Assembly: GCF_001194135.2 (NCBI RefSeq)
Contig: NC_068994.1
Location: forward strand, 16,657,267-16,707,541
Reading direction: 5' to 3'
Source: Octopus bimaculoides
Lineage: Eukaryota
DNA: 50,275 bases
Numbering within the stretch: position 1 is the first letter of the stretch; every line of letters begins with the position of its first letter. The position numbers and the translations under genes were made by a program. This document shows, piece by piece, positions 1 through 10,926 of this stretch. The notes under the pieces were generated by a model, which worked only from the letters and a program-made list of their open reading frames with translations, ran no database searches and was not told the DNA's origin.

Positions 1-135
1 TTTCTGGCGAGGATGTAGTCGATTTGGCTAGAGTGTCTGCCGGAGCGGTAGGTGACGAGGTGACTGGCAGGTTTCCTGAAGTTGGTATTGCAGACCATAA
101 GATCGGTTGCATCACAGAACTCCATGAGGAATGAA
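1..135 (-). mobile_element. RTE-clade LINE fragment, AP-endonuclease domain (5'-truncated, runs off the window edge)
   Basis: The minus strand from 125 to 1 translates without stops to MEFCDATDLMVCNTNFRKPASHLVTYRSGRHSSQIDYILAR. This carries the NTxF and TYxS..SQIDY motifs typical of RTE/BovB-type endonucleases. Confidence 0.85.
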
Positions 136-409
136 ATGGAGAAAGGTAAGATGCAGTTTCTTGATACAGTTAACTAAGAAAGAAATACACAACAAAGAAC
201 AACCAATTCTGTTTATCTTATTACATCCTTTATTCAGTCTGTTTTATGCATGGAAAACCTCATTGCTGCCTAAAGAGAAAACAGTTTAACTTCTGCTCCT
301 TTTATTTACTTAATGCTCTCACTAATTACAGTTAAATATGGAACCCAAGGAAACTAGAGGCTTCACAATGATTATTCTACAGAAAATAAGTTCGCTTATG
401 TGGAATGTA

Positions 410-624
410 AAATTTAATGCTTCAGGCTGTTGCTCTTTATCTGAAAGTGAAGAAGAGTCAGTGTTGTTACTTTTGTTAGAAATTAACAAACGATGAGTAA
501 AATGATGGGTTGATGGCTTGAGAGGCTTAAAAGATCGTATTATGAAGCCAGAACTAAAAAAAAAAAAAAGGTGTAAATAGCCAATAAGTGAAATCATGCA
601 TAAAGAAGGGAAAGTAGTGACAGA
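410..624. repeat. Local direct repeat, copy 1 (copy 2 at 1777-2003)
   Basis: Near-identical sequence from AAATTTAATGCTTCAGG to AAAGTAGTGACAGA, with a few substitutions and small indels. Confidence 0.95.
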
Positions 625-1224
625 CTGTGCATCAACAGCAAATTACAATGTATGAGCTTAGAGCAGCCCTGTATCTTGCTTGAGCTTGTCAAACCACCCA
701 ACCTATATCAGCATGAAAATGGATGTTAAATGATGGTGGCGAATAAAACATTAATGAATGACTGACAAACCAAAATCGTCACTGGCCTTTTGTGGTTCTT
801 ATAACTAAATTAACAGCAAAATTAAAAATAAAAAGATATTCCAAAAGTAGTGTAACATAAGACTAGAGCTATAATCTATTTGCAAATGTATATGTAATTA
901 ATGCAGCTAGACATAACAGGTTACATAATTCATCAGTCAAATAGGAACAGGTAGTTTGTTTTTGAAATGAAATGCAATGTTTATTGAGTTATAGTGATGG
1001 TTACTATATTTTTCTTTTTTTTTTTGTAAGCAAGTTTATTTTTGAATAATTTTTTTCAAAGAATTGCAACTGTCTATAGGTCCTGTGAAAGCTTGCATTG
1101 CATGTGTACATGAGTATTTGGCTACACCAGTTGTTTGTTAACAGAAATTTAGGAAGAATACTAAGACTAAAATTAACATAGAATCTGATTGGTATAAGTG
1201 TGGATGTCTACTTGTTTACCTAAC

Positions 1225-1416
1225 TTAACCCTTTAATTGTGAAATTAAATTTCTTACATATTCTGGTAATGATGTTGAATATCTACCAAAAAATAGAATT
1301 GCTATTTTCTGCCAGACTCAATAAACACATCTCAACCAAAAATAATTTCAAACTTGACATTCTTCAACAAAAGATGGATTGATATATACGACTGATTTCC
1401 ACAGTAAAAGAGTTAA
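1225..1416. mobile_element. TTAA-flanked MITE (family M3), related copy at 18374-18602
   Basis: TTAA-CCCTTTAATTGTG...CACAGTAAAAGAG-TTAA imperfect TIRs; the interior resembles 18374-18602, which ends AAAAGGG-TTAA. Confidence 0.6.
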
Positions 1417-1594
1417 AACTAATTTCATGGTTTGTCTCTGTAAATTTTAACTTATACAAGAAAGATAACTCCACAAAATAATACCATAGTTATGATGGCA
1501 ACTAATTAGGGTCTGATATGTTTGAAAGCACATATCTGGGGAAATAATTTCTTATAGTTTTAGTATTTACCTGTAGGTTTGATCAATATTTGGT

Positions 1595-2025
1595 TTAACC
1601 CTTGATACCAACCCACCTGAGACCACCCCAGGTTCTATGACATAAACTTACTGTTTTAAAGTGGTCTAAATTATAATCTGTCATCAAGATTTTATGCCGA
1701 TTTGTTCTAGACCCCAGATTAATAATGAGAAAGTTATTTTACTAAATTCTTCATTATCTTCAAAATTAATTGAAACAAATTTAATGCTTCAGGCTGTTGC
1801 TCTTTATCTGAGAGTGAAGAAGAGTCAGTGTTGTTACTTTGGTTAGAAATTAACAAACGATGAATAAAATGATGGGTTGATGGCTTGAGAGGATTAAAAG
1901 ATCGGATTACGAAGTGGATGAAGCCAGAACTAAAAAAAAAGGTGTAAATAGCCAATAAGTGAAATCATGCATAAAGAAGTGAAGAAGCAAAAGTAGTGAC
2001 AGAAATATGGTAACAAAAGGCTTAA
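1595..2025 (+). mobile_element. TTAA-flanked MITE (family M2) containing a captured copy of 410-624
   Basis: Starts TTAACCCTTGATACC and ends GGTAACAAAAGGCTTAA. The uninterrupted right end of this family is present inverted at 22142-22240. Confidence 0.75.
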
Positions 2026-2241
2026 GATGCATATTAATGATGAGTTTCAGAAATTTAAAATAACATGTTCTATTTTACCATCAAATTCAAGCTGCAGGAT
2101 TGAATGCAGGAAACTGTTTCTGATGACGATGATGATGAAAGGGCATGTGTTTAGTTTTTGAAAGACATTGAGAGAGAGAGAGAGTCAGAGACAGTATCTT
2201 TTCTTTGTCATTTACACTCTTTGTAATTGCTCCAATCAGGT

Positions 2242-2621
2242 TTAACCCTTTAGCATTTAAAATGCCCATATCTGGCCAAAACATTCTACCCGTTTTATCT
2301 TTAAACTGGTCAGATCTGGCCTTTTACACCTACCCTACTGTGCCATTTTAAAAATAAACAATCACATTGTCAAAATCTCAAAGCTATGAAATAATGCATG
2401 ATTTATTCAAAATGATGTGAATACTTAAGCATTATACAATTAAACCTTGGGAGAGGCATTATGCCGGTAATAAACACACGCACTGGTTCAGTCCTTTATT
2501 AATTTATATAGTCTTTTGTTAAATTATTTCATTGCACTCTTGCAATCTCTTCAGTAACTTGTCTCTCCACTTCCATTTAAGCATTATATTTGACAGAGTA
2601 ATCTGAATGCTGAAAGGTTAA
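2242..2621 (+). mobile_element. piggyBac-type MITE (family M1) interrupted by a 140-bp insertion
   Basis: TTAA-CCCTTTAGCAT...ATGCTGAAAGG-TTAA. The insert 2437-2576 is flanked by the duplicated 12-mer TTAAGCATTATA. Confidence 0.85.
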
Positions 2622-2653
2622 AATCACAGAAGAGGAAACCACTAATATTTCAC

Positions 2654-2814
2654 ATTATTTACATTATTTACATTTGACAGATATTTGTCCTCATCTTGTT
2701 TGTTGTTAACACAACGTTTCAGCTGATATACCCTCCAGCCTTCGTCAGGTGTCTTGTGTTAACAACAAACAAGATGAGGACAAATATCCATCAAATGTAA
2801 ATAATGTAAATAAT
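2654..2814. repeat. 61-bp inverted repeat (59/61 match) with a 39-nt spacer; probable inverted Penelope-like element terminus
   Basis: 2654-2714 is the reverse complement of 2754-2814 apart from two adjacent mismatches. The spacer holds a hammerhead core. Confidence 0.9.
2708..2753 (-). ncRNA. Minimal type I hammerhead ribozyme motif (Penelope-like element type)
   Basis: The minus strand reads GACAC-CTGACGA-A-GGCTG-gagggtatat-CAGCT-GAAAC-GT-T-GTGTT. It has the CUGANGA and GAAA cores, stem II GGCUG/CAGCU, a palindromic AACGUU stem III, a GUU cleavage triplet and stem I GACAC/GUGUU. Confidence 0.7.
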
Positions 2815-2934
2815 TCCTCATCTCTTAAATATAGAACTGTATCACTAATATTTTGTCTAACAGTAAGAACAACAGCAAATAGTTTTAAGGTTGTGGATAA
2901 GTAATTCATAGTTTTCAACTAGCAATAACCATAC

Positions 2935-3419
2935 CTCGGATAACCCTCATTAGCTATGGTACTCCCCTTTGCGGGAAAAGGAATTCAGGAATGGAGCCTT
3001 GCAGAACAGCAATGGAGACAGGTAGAGAAGAGGACAAGAAACTGTTTAGTACATCTAGTTAACCATTTCATGATTCATCATCTACTTCTGTTCTCTAGCT
3101 TGTCTGAGATACTTATCTATCCTCATCAAACTTTCCAAAATATCTCAGAATCTTTTGTGCAATCCTTCCCAGTTTTAAGTTCCTATGTGTCAACCAAACC
3201 TTACTTCTTCAATAATCTCTAAGATCTGATGCTCTGTTTGCCAACTAGTACCCCATCACATTAACTGCTAATCCCTTTGGATTCTAGATAATTCTTCCAG
3301 ATTAGGGTTCATGTTTCCAGCTCCTCAACATATTCAAGCATTCATTTACAAGACCAGCAAAAGTCCTTACCTCCAAAATTATGGAGAATTTTAGTTGAAC
3401 ACTAAACCCTGGACAACTC
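2935..3419 (-). ncRNA. Candidate exons of a divergent (antisense) spliced transcript: 3419-3371 and 2997-2935
   Basis: Splice signals only: TTTTACAG|3419...3371 GAG|GTAAGG, and pyrimidine tract-GCAAG|2997...2935 GAG|GTATGG. No convincing ORF. Confidence 0.25.
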
Positions 3420-3729
3420 CTGTAAAACACACACACACACACACACCATGAATGTTTTAATTAAAAAAGCGATTTCAAAAACTCAGATTTTGAAATAGAC
3501 GTAATAAACATCACCTATATATTTCAAATATTAATGAGATAAAAATAAAATTACGTTATATATATATATCCAATACATATTTAATCACAACTAAGTTATT
3601 TGTATTATTTTTTTATTTTCTATATATATATAAAAAAAACAATAAGTCTTGTTAAGAAAGAATAAAATCACTATATAGAATTCTAACATCAATAAGCGTT
3701 TGGGAAATGGTCAAGCGTTTTAAAAGTAA

Positions 3730-3894
3730 TCTCTTAGCGTCGTCAATTGTTGAGGAAATCACATAACGTGCATTTTACGACGACTGTCGTAAATCTGCCG
3801 GTTTTTGATTTTCTCCCCTGGCAGTTATTTGCCATAAAACGACCGCAGATGGTTGTCTGTTGTACGCGAGATTTCAATTCGGCTCGCTTACCTG
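3730..3894 (+). promoter_or_regulatory. CpG-enriched promoter / non-coding first exon region of CACUL1
   Basis: Locally CpG-rich against an AT-rich background, and ends in the donor CTG|GTGAGT at 3895. Confidence 0.55.
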
Positions 3895-3983
3895 GTGAGT
3901 GCTCTGCTAATTTGAATGAGTCAATAGTTTAGTGGAACTGTAATTCAAATTTCGTCTATAATCTTTTTTTTTTTTTTTTTTAG
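3895..3983 (+). other. Probable 89-nt 5'UTR intron
   Basis: GTGAGT donor at 3895; long poly-T tract followed by TAG at 3981-3983. Confidence 0.7.
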
Positions 3984-4042
3984 CGTCGGTGTGTTAGTTG
4001 CATTTCTTTTAAAAAAACCTAAGACAACTGAGTTGCATCACC

Positions 4043-4424
4043 ATGGACGAAGAACCGATGGAAGCAATGTCGGAGGAGGTTCTGTTACAACGAAATGCAG
4101 TCAGTGGCTGTGAAGGTTCGACTCACAGCCGTTGTGAAAATGTAGATGCAACTAACACGAGGATGATTCACAAAGATCGAGCCTTCTCTGGCTCTGAATT
4201 GTCCTCTGTTCCAAGCAAGGACCAAAATATGGTGGCATATTCTCAGACTGCAGATTTCCCTTTGTTGTCATCATCGGCAGAGGAACTATTTACCGAAAAC
4301 GAGACGACATCGCCGACATCAAATTCTAGCACTACTTGTACAACGACGCACGCTAACACTACGAATACATCTGATGACACAAGAAAGTCACCTGGAAATC
4401 CGCTTGTGCGACCTGGTACTATGG
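4043..4424 (+). CDS. CACUL1: CACUL1 coding exon 1 (acidic, Ser/Thr-rich low-complexity N-terminus)
   Basis: Strong Kozak context TCACCATGG; open frame up to ATG G|GTAAGT. Phase 1 fits exon 2 (G+TG = Val). Not recognisable by homology on its own. Confidence 0.75.
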
Positions 4425-5139
4425 GTAAGTCAACTACATTTCTCTCACCCCACTCTCTATCACTATTATATATATATATATACGCACACATATGTGTGTG
4501 TGTGTGTGTGTGGTCATATTTCATGTTTATATTGTCATCTGTTTGTAACAAACGATGTTGTTTAGCCATCTCTGATCATGGGTACAACTGAACAGACCTA
4601 TGATGAAAAGCGTTCCTGTCGTGATAATTCAGTCTTTCTTTCAGACGCAATGTATCTAGGTCTACATTATCCATCATGTCCATCTTATTTTTAAGAAAGC
4701 CAGAATGATTTGACACAGATCTGGCTGCTATTATTACAAGTTTAGTGACTAGGGGCTCTCTCGTTAGTCCGATCGAACGATGTAGAGATGATAGGTGAGC
4801 AAGATCCCGGTGAGCCAAGTCGAAGACCCGCTTTTATTTTTGATTGTAGCCAACTTCATTTCACTAAAGTCTTTGGGAGATGCATGAATGTGACAGCATC
4901 CCATTTATTTCCCCTGTAGATCTGATGTCTTGTATGTTATCAAACGAAATCATAGTTAATCTAATTATTGTTCGTTTCTTATTTTGTTATGTTTTGTGTT
5001 TTAAGTGTAGTGGAGCAGTGGGAACGGTACGATACCAAACTGTTTTGTATTTTCGTTCCTTTGCATTCTAATCTCAGATTTATAGACTTTATTGTTCACA
5101 CCTTCTTAGGTAGATAAAACAAGGTTCAATTGTATTTCT

Positions 5140-5390
5140 CACATCTCTAACGAACCAGCGAGGGAGTCTATGAGGTCACAGAATATCCCTCAAATCACAT
5201 CATACTGTCTTTAAAAAAAGAAAAGGACGTTAGATAAGGCAATCTGGGGTACATTTTGTCTAAGGAAAAAATAAAGGTAAACATTTACCAAAATAAATAA
5301 AGACGCGATGATAACGGTTAAGAATGCTTTTGATCAAAGATCGATCTGCTCATCAGGGATGATGCCTTGGGGCTAAACAACAACAAATGT
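5140..5390 (+). repeat. Additional dispersed repeat family ending GGGGCTAAAC(AAC)n
   Basis: Similar segments occur at about 20020-20220 (-), 24940-25110 (-) and 45840-46110. Confidence 0.5.
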
Positions 5391-6619
5391 GTAGTTTTGT
5401 ATCGATATAAGAAATTATTTTATTTTAAAACAAATGCACTCAGTTCTGCTTTGACTTCGCTTATCATTGTTTTAAAAATTCTTTCAACGTTCTAAAAACA
5501 TAAAAAGTGGATCGTTTTCATCCTTGTTTTGTATGTTATTTGTTTACATTTTCTTTTTGCGCATTTATAGTTTAAGTATAGGAGAGACTTGATGGTCTGT
5601 CGTGTGACTGACAGAGAGAAGTAATGCTTAGGTATATATGATTGCCTAAATCATTAAAATCCACTACATTTATTTGTGTGTGAGAGAGAGAAAACGGAGA
5701 TTCTTACAAGTATTTCATTTAAAAAAATGTTTTTTTTTAAAGAATGGTATTTGGTATGAAGTGCTTATAACCGAGCCTATATTTCAGAAAGCCGGCGGTG
5801 GTGTCGGGTTCCTTTTACGTACTTGCTAAACCTAAGCCCAATTAGTTAAGGATCGCATCAAGCGACCCTCTAACCCCAATACTTTTCTCTCTTTGACACT
5901 GTGTGTGTGTTTGTATTGAGTGTCCACTGTAGTGTCAATGTTGAATGTCATTTGACAGATCTCCGAAAAAGAAACGATCAACATAGAATGTGTGTGTATG
6001 TACACACACACACACACACACTTAAATACAGTTACTGTAATTATATTTGATTCTGTTGGAAGCTACCTTCGAAAGATTGATGTAATCTTCCGTGTGTTGC
6101 ACGTACATCTTTGTTTTCTTTCGTTATCTGCGTCGATGCTTCTCCGTCTCTTGTGTTTATATTTAATGCGCTATTTTAAATCGATTAACATTGATTTAAA
6201 CAATTTTCAGAAACAATAGACATAATCAAAGGCATTTTTCTTCATATATATATATAATAAGGAAAAATTATTTCAACCACGTTCGTAAAAAGGAATTCAT
6301 ATATCGTCCAACCCTCACAAGTTGTATCAATCACTTCTCAATTCGAACATCTATTTTTTTCTTTCTTTTTACGTCGGAATTTTATTCCTTAAATGGCAAA
6401 CTGCTAGAACATCATAGAGGTCACGGTAAATAAAGTTAATAATTATAATAACGATAATAAGAATGGTAATGGTTTCTTTATTTGCCAATGGAAACATAGC
6501 AAAGAAAACAAACCCTAATTTGCGGAGGTGTGATTATTGGATGAATTATAAGGTGATATATAATACAAGCCGAGCGGATTTGGAATAATAATAATTATTA
6601 TTATTATTGTTATTATTAT

Positions 6620-8030
6620 TTCTGATTTAGGCACAAGGCCAACTTTTTCTGAGGGGATACTGGGTAGTCGATAATTTCATCCCCAGTACCATGCTAGTAG
6701 TTTATTTTATCGATTCCAGGGGGGTGGAAGACAAAATTGACCCCAGCGAGATTTGAACCCAGAAGTTAAAGAATCAGAAGAAATACTGCATGGCATTTTT
6801 TTCCAGTGCTCTAACGATTCTGCCAATCCAACATATTAATAATAATTTCTAATTTAGGCTCAAAGGTAATGGTTTTGAAGAAAGGGTATTTGCTGATTGC
6901 ATCAACTCCAGTACTTGACTGGTACCTTATTTTAAGGATCCTGGATGGATGCAAGGCAGAATGAACTCCACTAGGAATGGAACCCAGAATGTAATGAGCT
7001 GAAACAAATAATGCATGGCGTTTTATCTGATGCTTTATCAATTCTCCCTCCATTCCACTGTCCCGAAATAATATTGGTTTCATATTTTGGTACAAGGCCA
7101 ACAACTTTGGGGAAGGGGTTAAGTTGATTACACCAACCCCAGCCGTCAACTGATACTTTATTTTATTGACCCCCACCAAAAGGATGAAAGGCAAAGCCGA
7201 ATTTGGCAGAAATTGAACTCAGAACACAAAGACAAATGGAATGCTGCTAAGCATTGTACCCGACATGCTAACAATTCTACCAGCGCGCTACCCTAATAAT
7301 AATAGTGATAATATTATTGGTTTCAAATTTTGGCACAAGGCCAGTAATTTTGGGGAAGTGGGTAAGTCAATTACATCAACTCCAGTCTTCAACTGGTGTT
7401 TAATTCAACCTGAAAGGATAAAAGGCAAAGTCAACCTTGGTGGAATTTAAACTCAGAACACAAAAACAGATGAAATACTGCTAAGCAGTTTACCCAGCAT
7501 GCTAACGATTCTGCCAGCTTGCCATCTTGATTTTTATCTACTATAGGTACAAGTGCTGAAATTTGGGGGAAAGGTGCTAGCCGATTATATCGATCCCAGT
7601 GCTCAACTGGTACTTATTTTATCTGCCACTAATGGATGAAAGACAAAGTTGACCTCGGCAGAATTTGAACTCAGGACATAAAAATCTTGAACAAATGCTG
7701 CAAAACAGCCCAAAATTCTAATGATAATAATATCATCATCATCATCGTTTAACGTCCGCTTTCCCTGCTAGCATGGGTTGGACGATTTGACTGAGGACTG
7801 GTGGACCAGGTGGCTACACCAGGCTCCAATCTGATTTGGCAGAGTTTCTACAGCTGGATGCCCTTCCTAACGCCAACCACTCCGAGAGTGTAGTGGGTGC
7901 TTTTACGTGCCACCAGCACGAAGGCCAGTAAGGCGGTACTGGCAACGGCCATGCTCAAAATGGTGTATTTTATGTGCCACCTGCACAGGAGCCAGTCCAG
8001 CGGTACTGGCAACGATCTCACTCAAATGTC

Positions 8031-8066
<36 letters not shown>

Positions 8067-8770
8067 TAGTCATTTCTATTTATACTCAAAGCCAGCCAGT
8101 AATTTTGAGGAGAGGGGGGTTTGTTGATACACCATCAACTCCAGTACTTGACTTGTACTTTATAGTAGTAATAATGTTTCAAACTTTGGCACGTGAACAA
8201 CAATTTTAGAGGGAAAGGTGTTAATCAATTACATTGACACCCCCCCCCCCACCTCCATTTCCACTACTTGACTGGTACTGATTTTATTGACCCTAAATGG
8301 ATGAAAGGTAAAGTCAGTCTTGGTGGCATTTGAACTCAGAATGTAAAAAATTAGAAGAAATGCCTCTGGGTATTTTGTCTGGCATGCTAATGACTCTACA
8401 GTTCTATAATAGAACTTTGCAAGTATCAGTTCACCCTGATTTTTGTAACACCCATTCAAACAATCATTTCTACTAATAAGCACAAGGCCTGAAATTTTGG
8501 GGAAGGGGGATAGTTGATTACATCAATCCCAATGCTCAACTGCTACATATTTTATTGACCCAAAAAAGATGAAAGGCAAAGTCGACCTCGGTTTAATTTG
8601 AACTGAGAGTGTAAAGCTGGAAAAAATGCTGCTAAGCATTTTGTCTAGCATGCAAACGATTCAGCCAGGATACCACCTTAACACCCATTCAAATATTGAT
8701 TTCAAATTTTGGTTCAAGGGCTGAAATTTTGTGGGAGTTGGGTAGTTGATTACATCAATCCCAATGCTGA
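6620..8770 (-). mobile_element. Cluster of about nine co-oriented family B SINE copies separated by (AAT)n
   Basis: Recurrent GGCACAAGGCC...GATGAAAGGCAAAGTCGACC...TTTGAACTCAGAA...ACGATTCTGCCAGC. Confidence 0.85.
7732..8030 (-). mobile_element. Family D repeat (AGGAAGGGCATCC core, RTE-type tail)
   Basis: (CAT)n-CGTTTAACGTCCGCTTTCC...GGATGCCCTTCCTAACGCCAACC. Confidence 0.9.
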
Positions 8771-9012
8771 TATCAGCCACCCTCATTATGCCACCACATT
8801 TCCCTCAACCTCTTTGCACCCTTCTCATTTTATCATATAATAGCCCAAACCCTGCAGGGGGACCATTATCGATTTTTATTGAAATCCAGTTAGCCTATAA
8901 TTGAACTGGATGTTAGTTTAACATGTATGCAAAGTTTCGTGAAGATTGATTCACTGGTATAGACAGCAAGATGGTAAAAGATTGACAGACAGAAATTGCC
9001 ATTTATATATAA
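8770..9012 (+). mobile_element. Possible non-autonomous Helitron/Helentron-like fragment
   Basis: TGCAAAGTTTCGTGAAGATT...GACAGACAGAAATTGCCATTTATATATAAGAT resembles the 3' ends of HINE/DINE-like elements. Resemblance only. Confidence 0.35.
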
Positions 9013-10460
9013 GATATGTATATACATATACTTTCTTAATAAAACATATTACTCTATCTCCAGTATTCGAGTACTGTTTTTTCCACCTTGTTTCACATTT
9101 ATATGGTTAATCTGGTATACACACACATACACACATATATTAGCTTCAAACCACAGTATAGTGTTTTCTAATAGAACATCTGCATTTAAGTGGGTATAAA
9201 TATTACCTCTTGATATTAATACTGCCTCTGTCGCTAATGTATATTTTTTAACAAGCTAACTACAAGTTATTCTCAGACGTTTGAACTTGTGTTAATTTCT
9301 ATTCAGTATTCAGCCAACACAATAACCCACCTTTTAGTGCTTTCACAAAATACTGACATAGGGAAAGTACCTTAATAGTGAAACTGCTTTTAATTGGCAT
9401 GTTGAAGGTGGTGGCATGTGGGTTCGGGGTAGGTAAATAGAGAAATTGGGACACATTGTTAATTATGTTAGTAAGTTGCTTTATATGCACTTTGCTTTTT
9501 TAAGGTTGTCTGGTTCTGTCTGGGAGTGGTTTTGTTGTCTTTACTAACAGGAGGAGCAAGCATTTTAGAGGCTCCTTCATTGAGGTGGGATATATATGAT
9601 GAGTGTAATTATAAAAGAAAAATTTGGTTTGTGAAGTAATCCCTTGAATGATAAGGATTTCTAACATTGGTACAATACCAGAAACTTGTGGGTGGGTATG
9701 GTCGAGTTGACATCAGTACTTGACTGGTACTTATTTTATTGACACCGAAAGGAAGGCAGACAAAGTTGGCTTCAGTGAGATCTGAACTCAGAATACCAAG
9801 AGATGTGGTTAAGTACTCCAGGGATTTTGTCTGTCATCTTGCTGATTCTGCCTCAACTGCTAGCTTATCTGCTTCAAGGTCCAACATTGCAAAAAATGAA
9901 TTATTTCTTGTTCTTGTGAAGTTTATAAATTCTTATGATATCAATAATATACAAGTCTAAGACAGTGAATTGGCATAATTGTTAGCATAACCAGATGAAA
10001 TATGGTTATGATATTGCATTAACAAATGTAAAATGATGGTTTTGATTTCCAGACTGGTGGAGTGTTGTATCCTTGAGCAAGACACTTCATTTCATGTTGC
10101 TTCAGTTCACTCAGCTGTTAATGGGTAACCCCTGCGATCGACTGGTATTTTGTTCAGGGGAAATGTTGACTTGCTTGCCTAACTAGCATAGTGACATCAA
10201 TCAAAAGTTACAACAGTGCAAGGAAATGCTTTGTGGCCAGCAGTGTATAACATCTGATAGTCTAGTCAATATAGTTTCAGACGCCGGCGTGGGAACCCAT
10301 GCCAACATCTCTTCAGTTGTCCGGTCATTGAAAATTCCTGTGAAAAATGACTCTTGGAGTTTTATCATGGCTACCGAATAAGTGTCACATATTTTTACAG
10401 ATAAATTCCTCTATTTACATCATATCGAGGTCTCTTTCTTTCTTTTGTTGTCCTTTCTAT

Positions 10461-10516
<56 letters not shown>

Positions 10517-10528
10517 TAATATTAATAT

Positions 10529-10745
10529 AGGTGGCAAGCTGGCAGAATCGTTAGCATGCCAAGCAAAATGCTTAGTGGCATTTTGTCTGTCTGTATGTTC
10601 TGAGTTCAAATTCCACTGAAGTCAACTTTACCTGTCATCCTTATGATGTCAATAAAATAACTACCAGTTGAGTACTGGGGTTAATATAATCGACTTACCC
10701 CTCCACAGAAGTTGCTGGCCTTGTGCCAAAATTTGAAACCAATAT
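10529..10745 (+). mobile_element. SINE family B
   Basis: GGCAAGCTGGCAGAATCGTTAGCA...TTCTGAGTTCAAATTCC...GGCCTTGTGCCAAAATTTGAAACC. Confidence 0.88.
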
Positions 10746-10926
10746 TAATATCAATATTTAGCAGAAGCAACAGAGTGATTCCAGCCAAGAGTTTTGTGAG
10801 TTGGCACTTACCAAGGTTTAACTCAAGTTTGATAAGTACCAATTTTTGAAACCCTAGCTAGTATATATACCTAGCTAGTATATATAAATCACAGTATGTG
10901 TGTGTATATTGACTAATGCCTGTTGG

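Noticed and set aside
322-1955. Paralogous minus-strand ORFs (322-597 and 1734-1955) as a duplicated coding exon
   Set aside because: No recognisable homology, the phases do not join to the nearby candidate exons, and copy 2 lies inside a MITE. Better explained as captured local sequence.
4043-4591. 182-aa single-exon ORF
   Set aside because: Beyond 4424 it reads through a GTAAGT donor into (TA)n/(TG)n intron sequence; only 4043-4424 is coding.
4566-4794. Possible cassette/poison exon (TTTAG...ATAG|GTGAGC)
   Set aside because: Supported only by splice dinucleotides and a weak pyrimidine tract.
10853-10886. 17-bp tandem duplication CCTAGCTAGTATATATA
   Set aside because: Most simply a slippage duplication in AT-rich DNA.
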